64,000 nucleotides of DNA from an uncultured Pseudomonadales bacterium (GCA_964607285.1 CAZSJW010000003.1:6094-70093), one strand, 5' to 3'. Counted from the first letter of the stretch, positions 8,576 to 18,264 are shown. Translations and numbers: made by a program. The notes: generated by a model from the letters alone, not told the origin.

Positions 8576-9492
8576 ACGATGCTACTGTATTTCAAAACCC
8601 CAATTTCTTCGACTACACGTCTGAAGACGAGAAACAGTACCGTCAAAACCTGATGGACTACCTGAATGCACATTGGACCAACACTTACAGTAAGGCTGAA
8701 CTATTAGTAGAAAGCAACTCACATGTGGTGTACAAAGTTTTCAGTACGGCAGACAAGAAACCTTCGGTATTGAAGTTTTTCAGGAAGAAATCAGAACGAG
8801 ATCTTGAACAGCATGCCCTAGTCTATTGGGATAACTCCTCAATTTCGGTTCCAAAAATCATATCTGTGCAGGATATTTCTATCAGCAATCTCGCAACTTA
8901 TCTAACACATATGGAGTTCGTCGAGGGAGAAAATATGCTCACTAAATTTAAGCTTGGTGATACCTACCTCACCAATGAGTATGGAACTGACATTGCAAAT
9001 GTACTCAAAACAATAGATATTCCTTTTACGGGCAATGCCATGCATTTTCCCCAGAGCATGTATGCGAGTTCTTTTGAAAAAATAGTTTCTGTTCCAGGCT
9101 TTGAACGGCAACTAAAATCAGCATTCTCTACATATGAGCTCTGCAGAAAACAACAACACCCAAGATTACTGCATGGGGACTTCCGAGACGGAAACTTGAT
9201 TCAAAATGCCAGAAAGATTACCATCGTTGACCCAGGACCTGCACTCGGACATATTGCCACAGATTTTATGTATTACTTTGCTCGCAGTTTTATTTCTGGC
9301 TTTACGAGTCACTTGGACGGGTTTTCAGCGTCATTTTTACAAAATAGAATTGACCTTGAGGAAGTGAAAGCTGTTGCCCTGTTGGAGTGTGCTAGGATCT
9401 TTCTATCTTTTAATCAAAATAACTATCAAGATCAGCGAGCTAAAGTGCTGGAAATGATGCAGTTGCTGATCGCAGATGCATTGTTCAAATAG
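8572..9492 (+). CDS. aminoglycoside phosphotransferase/choline-kinase-fold small-molecule kinase
   Basis: VYKV, VLK, MEFVEG, LLHGDFRDGN, IVDPG. ATGA overlap with the EamA stop. Confidence 0.8.
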   Translation: MNDATVFQNPNFFDYTSEDEKQYRQNLMDYLNAHWTNTYSKAELLVESNSHVVYKVFSTADKKPSVLKFFRKKSERDLEQHALVYWDNSSISVPKIISVQDISISNLATYLTHMEFVEGENMLTKFKLGDTYLTNEYGTDIANVLKTIDIPFTGNAMHFPQSMYASSFEKIVSVPGFERQLKSAFSTYELCRKQQHPRLLHGDFRDGNLIQNARKITIVDPGPALGHIATDFMYYFARSFISGFTSHLDGFSASFLQNRIDLEEVKAVALLECARIFLSFNQNNYQDQRAKVLEMMQLLIADALFK

Positions 9493-9509
9493 ACCTGCGA
9501 TCCCACTTT

Positions 9510-11285
9510 TTACTTCACCGTCACACTCTTGGCAATATTCCTCGGTGTATCTAGCGGGTTCCCCTTCTCCACCGCCATGTAGTATGCCAAAAGCTGCACT
9601 GGGACTATAGTAACCAGCGCACTTGCTTCCCCAAAATCTGCAATTTCCACATGAGCCACAGCCATGGGCAAAGAAGCACTGCCAAGGCTATACACTTGCG
9701 CGCCTCGAGCAGAAACTTCGTGAGCCGCACTTTCGATGTCCTTGAGAACAGCATCTTGAGCAGTCAACACTAGTACTGGAACACCCGATTGCATCAGCGT
9801 GATCGCATAATGCTTCAAGTCCCCTGCAGGTATGGCATGCGCATGTACGTATGAGCCCTCAATAATCTTAACCATACCTTCTCGGGCTATTTCCATAAGT
9901 TGCCCTTTGCCTAACAGGAATAGACTAGTCGAGTTTGCGAGCGTTTTTGCCAAAGCTCTAAGTTGCTGCTGCAACTGCGTATCAGCAAGCAGTATATCTA
10001 TCTGAGCCGCAGCAGATCTCAGTTGTGTGATTCCTGCACTGTACGTACTAGCAACAGAGTGTGCCAACAGAAACCCCCAAGCGCACTGCGATAAAAATAT
10101 CTTGGTGGACATGACACAAACTTCTGGGCCAGCACCAGCCATGAACGGAAAGTCAGACATGCGTGTCATCATTGATCCAGCCATATTAACGTAGCTAGCT
10201 ATTTTGACGCCTTTTTGCTGCGCATGTTCGAGTACCTCCAAGACATCAGCTGTCTCACCGCTTTGGGACGGGGCGATGATCAAATCGCCTTTCCGAAACA
10301 ATGACCAGTAACTTTGACTTTCCGCACCAATCAAACTGATTGCGTTTACATTCGCAATGGTTCTGAGATAGTACCCAATCTGCGCTGCAGCCGCGCCTGC
10401 TGTACCCGAACCAATGGTATATACGGTTTTAGCGTTCTTGATTGCTTGAGAAAGCTCGTCCAACCCCACCTGAGACTGCGCAACGACCGCTTGCAAGGTC
10501 TGTGCAGACTCATGAATTTCTTTCAGCATAAAGTGGGCGTAGCCAGCTTTGTTGAGGTCTTGCAGTTGGTTTTGGTGTGGAGCAAAATTGGCTTTTACGG
10601 GTTTACCTGTTGAAACCGTAAATAGTTTAACTTTTCCATCTTGCACTTGCACGATTTGTCCATTTTCGACCACTAATATTTCGCTACAAGCAGCTCCCAG
10701 AGACAATGAGTCAGAAGATAAAAGTATTTCCTCTCCACCAGAGCTTCGCCCCACAACCAGTGGTGAACCATTGCGAACTGCCAATATCACGCCTTCCAAA
10801 GTCAGTACGGCAAAGGTATTTCTACCCTCTGCTCTCTTTGCAGTAATGCGCAGTGCTTCCTGAAGCTGCAGTTTTTCAGTCAAGAACTGCTCCACTTGTC
10901 GTACCAGCACTTCGCTGTCTGTTTGAGAAATGAACTCGTGCCCCTGCTTTTTCAATGCAGCTGCCAACTCCCGAGAATTTTCCACAATTCCGTTGTGCAC
11001 CAAGGCAAATGAGTTATCTTTAGCTAAGTGCGGATGTGCGTTAGCCTTGGTTACTCCGCCATGGGTTGCCCACCTGGTGTGACCAAGCGCAACCACGCTT
11101 GCAGCAACTTTTGGCTCCATTTCCAAAGTTGGAACAGAGCCGACTGCCTTTTCACACTGGAGCGAACTCGCCACCTGCGCAACAACTCCCCAAGAGTCGT
11201 AGCCTCGATATGCTAATCGCCTCAGTCCTGCAAATACCTGGGGTGCTGCTGGCTTACCACCAACGTACGCGAAAATTCCACACAT
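9510..11285 (-). CDS. glmS: glutamine-fructose-6-phosphate aminotransferase
   Basis: MCGIF start behind AAAGGAGG, YRGYDSWG, GHTRWATHG, HNG, SQSGETAD, C-terminal PRNIAKSVTVK. Confidence 0.97.
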   Translation of the reverse strand: MCGIFAYVGGKPAAPQVFAGLRRLAYRGYDSWGVVAQVASSLQCEKAVGSVPTLEMEPKVAASVVALGHTRWATHGGVTKANAHPHLAKDNSFALVHNGIVENSRELAAALKKQGHEFISQTDSEVLVRQVEQFLTEKLQLQEALRITAKRAEGRNTFAVLTLEGVILAVRNGSPLVVGRSSGGEEILLSSDSLSLGAACSEILVVENGQIVQVQDGKVKLFTVSTGKPVKANFAPHQNQLQDLNKAGYAHFMLKEIHESAQTLQAVVAQSQVGLDELSQAIKNAKTVYTIGSGTAGAAAAQIGYYLRTIANVNAISLIGAESQSYWSLFRKGDLIIAPSQSGETADVLEVLEHAQQKGVKIASYVNMAGSMMTRMSDFPFMAGAGPEVCVMSTKIFLSQCAWGFLLAHSVASTYSAGITQLRSAAAQIDILLADTQLQQQLRALAKTLANSTSLFLLGKGQLMEIAREGMVKIIEGSYVHAHAIPAGDLKHYAITLMQSGVPVLVLTAQDAVLKDIESAAHEVSARGAQVYSLGSASLPMAVAHVEIADFGEASALVTIVPVQLLAYYMAVEKGNPLDTPRNIAKSVTVK

Positions 11286-11350
11286 GTGGCCTCCTTTGAT
11301 AGTGTTGATAGAAAATTTGTCAGTCGAAATAAATCGACCAACTGTGGTAC

Positions 11351-11540
11351 GAACAATGCTTTGGCTCACTCGTTACCGAATGTATTTGACAATGTTCTTA
11401 ATTGGCTTACCACTAACCAGAGGGTTTCCGCTGATGCTCATCTTGCTTTTTTGGGCAAGATGGTCCGATTGTGCTTTGGTTGTTACAACCTAGCACCCCT
11501 CTTCCTCGTTATCCCCGCCAAAGGCGGGGACCAGACGCTC
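11351..11540 (-). ncRNA. glmS ribozyme (GlcN6P-activated self-cleaving riboswitch), variant with extra hairpins
   Basis: Reverse complement: A|GCGTCTG, P1 GTCCCCGCC-TTT-GGCGGGGAT, AACGAGG, AGAGGG...ATCGG...TCAGCGGA-AACCCTCTGG, P4 AGAACATTGTCAAA...ATTCG-GTAA-CGAGT...CAAAGCATTGTTC. Lies directly upstream of glmS. Confidence 0.88.
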
Positions 11541-11900
11541 TGCGAAAAAAATTTATTGAGTTTCCTTTCTAGGGTTTACACCTCCCAAAATATATGTATG
11601 TTACCTTTACAGTAATTGTACTACACAATAATTTTGATTTATTCAATTCAAGCCAAATAATAAAGAAGTACCAACTCCAAAAAGCCTATTTGATCGTAAA
11701 GCTCCATATCTGATTATCGCAGGTTGCATAGCACCAGTTCCCTATTTCATATACGCGCTTTCGAATTTCTCAGAAAAATCAGATTTTCGACCGCCTGAAC
11801 CTAAAAGTTAGCGCAAGTTGTGACATACCTCAGACTTCCCTTTCCTCAACTTCATGCTATAATTGTTCCTCTTGCAAACAAATAATTAGCAAAGATTTTT

Positions 11901-12284
11901 ATGAAACAAGGCATACACCCAAGCTGGAACAATGACACACTCGTTACCTGTAGTTGTGGCAACTCATTTCAAATAGGTTCCGCTACTGACACATTGACCG
12001 TAGACATCTGCAACAAATGTCATCCATTCTTCACAGGCGAAATGCGTTTTGTAGACCGCCAAGGTCGTGTCGAGAAGTTTATCAAAAAGATGGCAAGTGC
12101 TAAAGCTACTGCCAGTACCAGGAAAAATAAAAAAGTCAAAACACAAGTTGATACTGGTCCAAGAAAATCCTATCAAGATATCCTTCGCACCCAACAGACA
12201 AACCTGAAGCAAGCTGCATCTGCGCAAGCAAACCCTGCTTCAGACTCTAAAGCTGAAGATTCCTCCAAAGCAGCCAACAAGTAG
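11901..12284 (+). CDS. rpmE: 50S ribosomal protein L31 (Zn-binding, C-terminally extended)
   Basis: [29 protein letters not shown]. Extended -10 TGCTATAAT upstream. Confidence 0.95.
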   Translation: MKQGIHPSWNNDTLVTCSCGNSFQIGSATDTLTVDICNKCHPFFTGEMRFVDRQGRVEKFIKKMASAKATASTRKNKKVKTQVDTGPRKSYQDILRTQQTNLKQAASAQANPASDSKAEDSSKAANK

Positions 12285-12305
12285 CTCAGCTTGATCAATA
12301 AAAAC

Positions 12306-12332
12306 TACCGGCACTCAAGTGGCGGTATTTTT
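12306..12332 (+). terminator. rho-independent terminator after rpmE
   Basis: TACCG-GCAC-TCAA-GTGG-CGGTA-TTTTT. Confidence 0.55.
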
Positions 12333-12350
12333 GCTACCATACAGACAGCT

Positions 12351-13334
12351 ATGTCCTCCACTTACAACCCCTACCAGCAACTATTAGAAGATCTGGCTAC
12401 TAGAATTGCAGAATCCGAGAACTTGCTTGCCGATCCCGAACTGGGAGAACTCGCCCAGCTCGATCTAGAACAACTCAGAGCTGAACAAGCTCAGCTGCAA
12501 GCAGCTACCGAGCAATTCGAAACACACACTGAAGAAGCTGGCCCTATCTCCTCACACGTAAACTGCACTGTTGAAATCCGCCAAGGTGCTGGCGGCGATG
12601 AAGCAAAAATTTGGGCTAATGATCTCCTGCGTATGTACCTGCGATTTGCTGAAATTTCTGGACTCAGTGTTGAGTATTTAGATGATTTAGTGGTCAAATT
12701 TAAAGGTCGAACCTCGGAAATTCCCAATTTAGAAGACCCAAGCGCAAAAGCAACCGCATACTCAGTACTCAAGTACGAGTCAGGTGTGCACCGAGTTCAA
12801 CGCGTGCCTGCAACTGAATCACAAGGGCGTGTGCATACCTCGACTGCATCAGTGGCCGTCTTTCCTGAAGTTCCAAAACATGCTGTGGTTATTAGAGATG
12901 AAGACCTTGATTGGCAGTTCATGCGTGCAGGTGGCGCTGGTGGACAAAGTGTCAATAAAACAAGCAGTGCTGTTCGCCTCACCCATGTTCCTAGCGGACT
13001 AGTTGTGAATGCCCGACAAGAGCGCAAACAAGCCCAAAATCGCGAGATTGCTCTTGATCTACTCAGAGCCCAACTGTGGGAAATTGAAGAAGAAAAACGT
13101 CTAGCTGATATTGGTGAAATCCGAAGCGTAATCGGTCGCGCCCAGCGTGCTGAAAAAATCCGCACGTACAACTACTCACAAAACCGAGTAACTGATCACA
13201 GAACGAAGCAATCTTGGTACTCACTCTCCACTATCATGGAGGGCCAGCTTACACATATGTTTACTGAACTTCACCCAGCACTAATGTCTGGAACTGTTGC
13301 AGAAACAGATGACGCTGCAGATGATTTGTCGTAA
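12351..13334 (+). CDS. prfA: peptide chain release factor 1
   Basis: EIRQGAGGDEA, KYESGVHRVQRVPATE (PxT motif, RF1), GGQ, IRTYN. Confidence 0.93.
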   Translation: MSSTYNPYQQLLEDLATRIAESENLLADPELGELAQLDLEQLRAEQAQLQAATEQFETHTEEAGPISSHVNCTVEIRQGAGGDEAKIWANDLLRMYLRFAEISGLSVEYLDDLVVKFKGRTSEIPNLEDPSAKATAYSVLKYESGVHRVQRVPATESQGRVHTSTASVAVFPEVPKHAVVIRDEDLDWQFMRAGGAGGQSVNKTSSAVRLTHVPSGLVVNARQERKQAQNREIALDLLRAQLWEIEEEKRLADIGEIRSVIGRAQRAEKIRTYNYSQNRVTDHRTKQSWYSLSTIMEGQLTHMFTELHPALMSGTVAETDDAADDLS

Positions 13335-14522
13335 CTATTGAGGTGTACCCTGCAATGTAAGTGTGACCTCCTGCTCATCACCTGCACGCCAGTACGTTAC
13401 TTTGACCTGATCACCAATTTTTTTCGTATTGATGAGTGGTGCTAAATCAGTATCTTTCAGGCTTTTTCCATCAAATTCTGTAATAATATCTCTCTGCTGC
13501 AAACCTGCATTTTCAACACTTGAACCAGGAACAATCTCTAAAATGTATGCACCCTGTGGCACCTCGTTAGCCAAAGCTGCCTGTTCAGAAATCATCTGGT
13601 AGCGAACACCCAGCAGTGGTCTTTCAAACTGTCCTGTTTCATTGAAATTCTTAATTGACGCCCTAATTATATTGATTGGCAAAGCAAAACCAATGTTTTG
13701 TGCACCCTGCGAAACGGCTACATTCACACCGATTACTTCACCCATCGCATTCAGCAAGGGTCCACCCGAATTTCCAGGGTTGATAGCAGCATCGGTTTGA
13801 ATTACTCCTTCAAGATCTTCAAGTTGAAATGATGCGCCAAGTGCCTGAATACCTCTTCCCAATCCTGAAATAACGCCTGTTGTCACCGTGTGCCTGAACT
13901 CACCTAGTGCAGTACCAATCGCAATAACTGACTCACCAACTCGAATTTCGTCCGAGTTACCAAGTGGCAAAGGATCTTGTTCGAGACCCTCTACGCGTAA
14001 GATTGCCAAGTCATTTGCTGGATCACGATAGATGTTGGTAACTGTATGTTCTTTGTCTGCTGCATCAATCACTGTGTACTGTACTGACGGATCGGACACA
14101 ACGTGTTTGTTGGTAACAATCAAACCAGTTTCATCAACTACAAATCCAGTGCCTATATCTTGCTGTATTTCCTCAAAATCATTAGCTCTAGGAACTTGAA
14201 AGTTGAATATACCACCACCAAACACATCAAACCGTTGTTGGCGTCTAGTTACCGAAACAGTCACAACCGACTGCGAAGCACGCTCTGCAATATCGGGAAT
14301 AGTTGCACTTCCTGAGCTAGTCGGTAAAAAATCAGCTAATGCTGAACGAGAACGATCGGGCTGTCCATTGTTTTGCTCACGAACTACCAGCGCATCCAAG
14401 GGTGAAATGACAAATATGCGATCTGCAATTGCCCCCCCAAAAAACGAGGCAAGCACGAGGACTGATACTGATAAACCAAGTAGAAATGGCCTTAGACTTT
14501 TGGATAGTGAGGTGTCCGTCAT
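13335..14522 (-). CDS. htrA: HtrA/DegP-like serine protease with one PDZ domain
   Basis: TNKHVV, DLAIL, IQTDAAINPGNSGGPL, C-terminal PDZ, N-terminal TM. Confidence 0.93.
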   Translation of the reverse strand: MTDTSLSKSLRPFLLGLSVSVLVLASFFGGAIADRIFVISPLDALVVREQNNGQPDRSRSALADFLPTSSGSATIPDIAERASQSVVTVSVTRRQQRFDVFGGGIFNFQVPRANDFEEIQQDIGTGFVVDETGLIVTNKHVVSDPSVQYTVIDAADKEHTVTNIYRDPANDLAILRVEGLEQDPLPLGNSDEIRVGESVIAIGTALGEFRHTVTTGVISGLGRGIQALGASFQLEDLEGVIQTDAAINPGNSGGPLLNAMGEVIGVNVAVSQGAQNIGFALPINIIRASIKNFNETGQFERPLLGVRYQMISEQAALANEVPQGAYILEIVPGSSVENAGLQQRDIITEFDGKSLKDTDLAPLINTKKIGDQVKVTYWRAGDEQEVTLTLQGTPQ

Positions 14523-14577
14523 ATCCCCCTTTCCACGTTCTCAAACAATGAGTACATCTACGTAAAGCGCGTCTATA

Positions 14578-15825
14578 TTACAACACCTCAATGGCTTTTA
14601 GCAACTGCTCATCAGCCTCTGTTTCAGGATCCTGCTTGACTTCAACATCTACAGGGATTCCTGTTTCGTGAATCCACTCTCCCTCTGGCAACATCCACTG
14701 TGCAACTGTTACATGTAACCCTGCACCATTGCTAAGTGCTTGTCGATCTTGGACTGTTCCTTTGCCAAAGGTTTGCTCGCCCACCAATTTTGCATCAAGA
14801 CGATCACGTAAAGCACCTGCCACAATTTCGGACGCAGACGCAGAACCTTTATTCACCAGAACTTCAATTGGAATACCTTTGAGTCTTGCTTTACCTCTGG
14901 TTGGAAACGCTTGCTCGTTATATTTACCTTTTTGAATTACCACGGTTCCGCCATCGATAAACTCACTTGCAATTGCAATTGCGCCGTCAAAAAATCCTCC
15001 TGGATTATTTCGCATATCCAGCACAATTCCTGCAATTGACCCTTTTTCCTTGAGCACCTCGGACACTATGTTATCCCACTCACCATTAGTTCTTTCACCA
15101 AAACGGCTTAGCTGTATGTGAGCTACTCGTTTACCATTGCTTTCAACAAAATCTAACTCAGCGGACTTCACCACAATTTCTCCACGCTGCAGAGGTACTT
15201 CAAACGGCTCATTCTTGCCTTCCCGAACCATTGTCAAAGTCACTGTGCTGCCTTTTGGTCCTCGGATTGCTTCTACAGCTTGCTCAAGTGACCAACCTGC
15301 TGTATCCTCAGATAGGTCCTTTTCATCGTCCGCTACCTTGATAATTAAATCGCCCGCCTCAACATCTCCTGCATCTGCTGGTGTATCAGGAAGTGGTGCT
15401 ATTACAGCAAGTACACCATCTTTATACCCAAGCTCAATACCTACACCAAAAAAAGCTCCAGCTAAGTCTTGTCCGCTCCGTTCATTCTCAACGGGTGGCA
15501 AATACATTGTATAAGGATCTCCTAGGGATGCTGTCATTCCCCCTATCGCTCCGTGCACCATTTTTTCAGTATCAAGGTTTTCTTGTTTTAAATAGTCTCG
15601 TTGTAGGATAGACCACACCTCCCAGAATGCACCAAAGTCCACATCTGCTTTGTCTTGTGGCTGCTCTGAGTTGACCAGTTTTGCTAACTCCGTAGTAGTC
15701 TGGTTGATACTTTGCCCTCCCAGAAGTTTGGTAGCAATGAGATATCTGTTTTCCAGAAACATACCCAATACCAGCACAAGTCCAAACATTAAGATAGATT
15801 GCAAACTAGCAACTGTAGAACGCAT
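14578..15825 (-). CDS. ctpA: carboxyl-terminal processing protease (S41A)
   Basis: LGDPYT, PDZ, LDMRNNPGG, SASASEIVAGAL, TFGKGTVQ. Confidence 0.93.
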   Translation of the reverse strand: MRSTVASLQSILMFGLVLVLGMFLENRYLIATKLLGGQSINQTTTELAKLVNSEQPQDKADVDFGAFWEVWSILQRDYLKQENLDTEKMVHGAIGGMTASLGDPYTMYLPPVENERSGQDLAGAFFGVGIELGYKDGVLAVIAPLPDTPADAGDVEAGDLIIKVADDEKDLSEDTAGWSLEQAVEAIRGPKGSTVTLTMVREGKNEPFEVPLQRGEIVVKSAELDFVESNGKRVAHIQLSRFGERTNGEWDNIVSEVLKEKGSIAGIVLDMRNNPGGFFDGAIAIASEFIDGGTVVIQKGKYNEQAFPTRGKARLKGIPIEVLVNKGSASASEIVAGALRDRLDAKLVGEQTFGKGTVQDRQALSNGAGLHVTVAQWMLPEGEWIHETGIPVDVEVKQDPETEADEQLLKAIEVL

Positions 15826-15955
15826 AGGCCCTCTATTGTAAGATGAAGTGACTTGTCTGTGAAGGTGCAAGCCAACTTGTGTAACCGGGTTGTGTGTACA
15901 TCAATATAGATATTTTTTGATCTATTTAGTACAATTGAAATATATGATCGTATCA

Positions 15956-16445
15956 ATGCAAGAACAAATAATTCATCCATCTGACATTAGGTCGTACGTC
16001 ATTGAACACGGGGAACGATTTCATGCACAGCAGGAACATCTCACTCAACTGTTAGCACTTGTCCCATCAGAATATCGTACTAAATCAGTTGTAGACTTTT
16101 CAAGTAAAAGTGACAAAAAAACTGTCGGCATTAGAAGTTAGTACCCCTGATTCGTTTGAAAATATTCAAGATGCAGTCAATTCTGCATATTTACAAAATG
16201 GAAGCGGATCAAGCCTGACTGGTTTACTCTCAACTATTATGGAAGCTCAAAATTGGACAGTATCAGATGTACAAGGCGGTTGGAAAGGATATTTAGAAAT
16301 TGGCAAAAATATGGGTCTCATACTGATTTCTGAAAATGAAACCTTATCTATTAATCCTTTAATTCTTTCATTGTTTCTTACTGGACTCAGCACCAAAGTT
16401 TCTAAACGCCGAGATGAAGATCTCCGCAGTGAACTCAGAGAATAA
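15956..16445 (+). pseudogene. hypothetical protein split by a +1 frameshift at an A7 run (16115-16121)
   Basis: ORFs 15890-16141 and 16110-16445 join into one ~162-aa frame (…SKSDKKLSALEVS…) if one A is removed. TATGAT-N7-ATG at 15956. Confidence 0.55.
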
Positions 16446-16475
16446 AATTGGTCTGAGTGAGCTAATTACTCATCA

Positions 16476-16506
16476 AAAAGCCCTGGGTTTCTGTCCCAGG
16501 GCTTTT
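16476..16506. terminator. bidirectional terminator after rpsR
   Basis: AAAAGCCCTGGG-TTTCTGT-CCCAGGGCTTTT. Confidence 0.8.
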
Positions 16507-16528
16507 AAAATATTTTTCAGCATACGAC

Positions 16529-16759
16529 TTACAAGACTTGGGTAAACGGTAGCATTGCCAAGTGGCGAGCGCGTTTGATCGCGGTTGCCAACCGTTTCTG
16601 TTGCTTTTGTGAAATACCAGACTGAGCTCGTGCAATAATTGAGCCTTGCTCAGTGAGGTATCGCTTCAGTTCCTCAGGTTTTTTGTAAGTGAATGTGAGT
16701 GCAGCGCTTGCACGTGTCACTTTACGTTTTGGTTTTCTAATTTTTTTCTTTGGTTTCAT
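16529..16759 (-). CDS. rpsR: 30S ribosomal protein S18
   Basis: YKKPEELKRYLTEQGSI, QQKRLATAIKRARHLAMLPF. Confidence 0.96.
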   Translation of the reverse strand: MKPKKKIRKPKRKVTRASAALTFTYKKPEELKRYLTEQGSIIARAQSGISQKQQKRLATAIKRARHLAMLPFTQVL

Positions 16760-16781
16760 ATATTCTTTCTAGAATTACTTT

Positions 16782-17276
16782 TTAAAAAGGTACGTCATCT
16801 GATACATCTTCTACTGAATCAACTTCGTCAGAACTATCTGCTGAACGCTCTTGGTCAGATGATTTACTGGACTTGGAAGAACCTCCGCTCTGCTCATCAC
16901 CGTAGTCTTCGTCGGATTGGTATGAACCACCACCTCGTGCTGAACGTAGTAGGATCATGTTCTCGATCACAACTTCGGTGGTCTTGCGTTCTGTACCATC
17001 ATCACCTTTCCAATCACGAGTTTGCAAACGACCCTCAACATACACTTTGTCACCCTTGTGTAAAATTTGACCACAAATATCTGCTAACTTAGACCAAGCA
17101 ACAATGTTGTGATACTCAACTCGCTCTTGCTTCTCACCACCCTCAGTTGGAGTCCAAGTTCGATTGGTAGCAACACCAAATGAACAAACTGCAGCACCAC
17201 CAGGGGTGTAGCGAAGATTTGGATCTCGAGTTAGGTTACCAATAAGTATTACTTTGTTGAGTGATCGAGCTGACAT
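16782..17276 (-). CDS. ssb: single-stranded DNA-binding protein
   Basis: LNKVILIGNLTRDP, KGDKVYVEGRLQTR, acidic C-terminal DDVPF. Confidence 0.97.
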   Translation of the reverse strand: MSARSLNKVILIGNLTRDPNLRYTPGGAAVCSFGVATNRTWTPTEGGEKQERVEYHNIVAWSKLADICGQILHKGDKVYVEGRLQTRDWKGDDGTERKTTEVVIENMILLRSARGGGSYQSDEDYGDEQSGGSSKSSKSSDQERSADSSDEVDSVEDVSDDVPF

Positions 17277-17348
17277 GTTTGTTCCTTTCGTGTATTTCTG
17301 CTCTGATTGCGAGTATATGCTCTGTTTCCTACACTAAGTGTAGCGTAT

Positions 17349-17714
17349 TTACTCTGTTTCTACTTTTGCAGAAGTTTCCCCTAATCCAACAGCCTCAGCT
17401 ATTACAAATAAATGTCGCAAAATGGCTTGTTGTAAGTACAGATCACGCTCAAACAATTGCGCAGCTGTAGCGTCACCTTCAAGTAACCAGTGCTTATACA
17501 CTGCTTGTGTATTTCGAGTACCTGAGTGCTTGATAGGATATGCTAGATCTTTCTTGCCCCAATCTTCTAGAGACACGACTGTAAAATTAAACTTCTTCAC
17601 CAAAGCAACAACTGCATCAACAGCCTGATTGAGCTCGGTAGAAGTCAATGTAGCGGGAAATAAAACGGTCAGTTCGTACTGACGCACACGCGTATCTTGC
17701 GCTAGCTCTAACAT
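17349..17714 (-). CDS. rpsF: 30S ribosomal protein S6
   Basis: RQYEL, EDWGKKDLAYPIK, ILRHL, in rpsF-ssb-rpsR synteny. Confidence 0.93.
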   Translation of the reverse strand: MLELAQDTRVRQYELTVLFPATLTSTELNQAVDAVVALVKKFNFTVVSLEDWGKKDLAYPIKHSGTRNTQAVYKHWLLEGDATAAQLFERDLYLQQAILRHLFVIAEAVGLGETSAKVETE

Positions 17715-17829
17715 AGATCCTCCTTTTGAGCACCATGGCTCAAGTGTGCACTCACCCTGGAGTATTGGAATTCCGCTAAAAGCGGAATGGGTGAGGCTGT
17801 ATACTAAGGGGTATTATAGCACGAATATT

Positions 17830-18264
17830 CTACTTGAATGGATTTCTCCGAGCACCATGGTATGTGAAGTTCTTAGGCTCTTCCTGTAAACGTGCAGCAA
17901 TCAGACGGCGTTGAATGGAATGTTTTACCCAAGACATGAAATCAGAATCAACTGAATACTTGTTCCCGTAATCACTCCTGACTTGATCAAGTGTAGGATC
18001 CAAGTCATAGAACGTCAAAATTAGTGTTTGCACTAACGGAGGATTGCGGAAAGTAACATCGTTCAACACCTCTTCGTCTGTCTTGCCAGAGAAGTCATCA
18101 TAAGCTGAACGATTCCAGTCGAACTGTCGTGGCCGATTTCGCACTCTCTCATTTCGTATGCGAGCTATAACAAAATCTACACATGCTCCAGCCCTTTCTT
18201 GCAGTACGGCACTGTATTTTTCCCGTGCGCTCACATCAATTGATGGACCTACTAGTTCATTCAT
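17830..18264 (-). CDS. hypothetical protein
   Basis: 144-aa ORF preceded by TAGAAT-N6-ATG. Confidence 0.6.
   Translation of the reverse strand: MNELVGPSIDVSAREKYSAVLQERAGACVDFVIARIRNERVRNRPRQFDWNRSAYDDFSGKTDEEVLNDVTFRNPPLVQTLILTFYDLDPTLDQVRSDYGNKYSVDSDFMSWVKHSIQRRLIAARLQEEPKNFTYHGARRNPFK

Noticed and set aside
11284-11615. ORFs 11284-11493 and 11286-11615 and the 28-aa N-terminal extension of glmS
   Set aside because: They are antisense to or inside the glmS ribozyme leader. GlmS must start at MCG for the catalytic N-terminal Cys.
11638-11811. Open frame of ~57 codons on the + strand between glmS and rpmE
   Set aside because: There is an in-frame stop immediately upstream and no canonical start codon near its beginning, so it cannot be supported as a gene.
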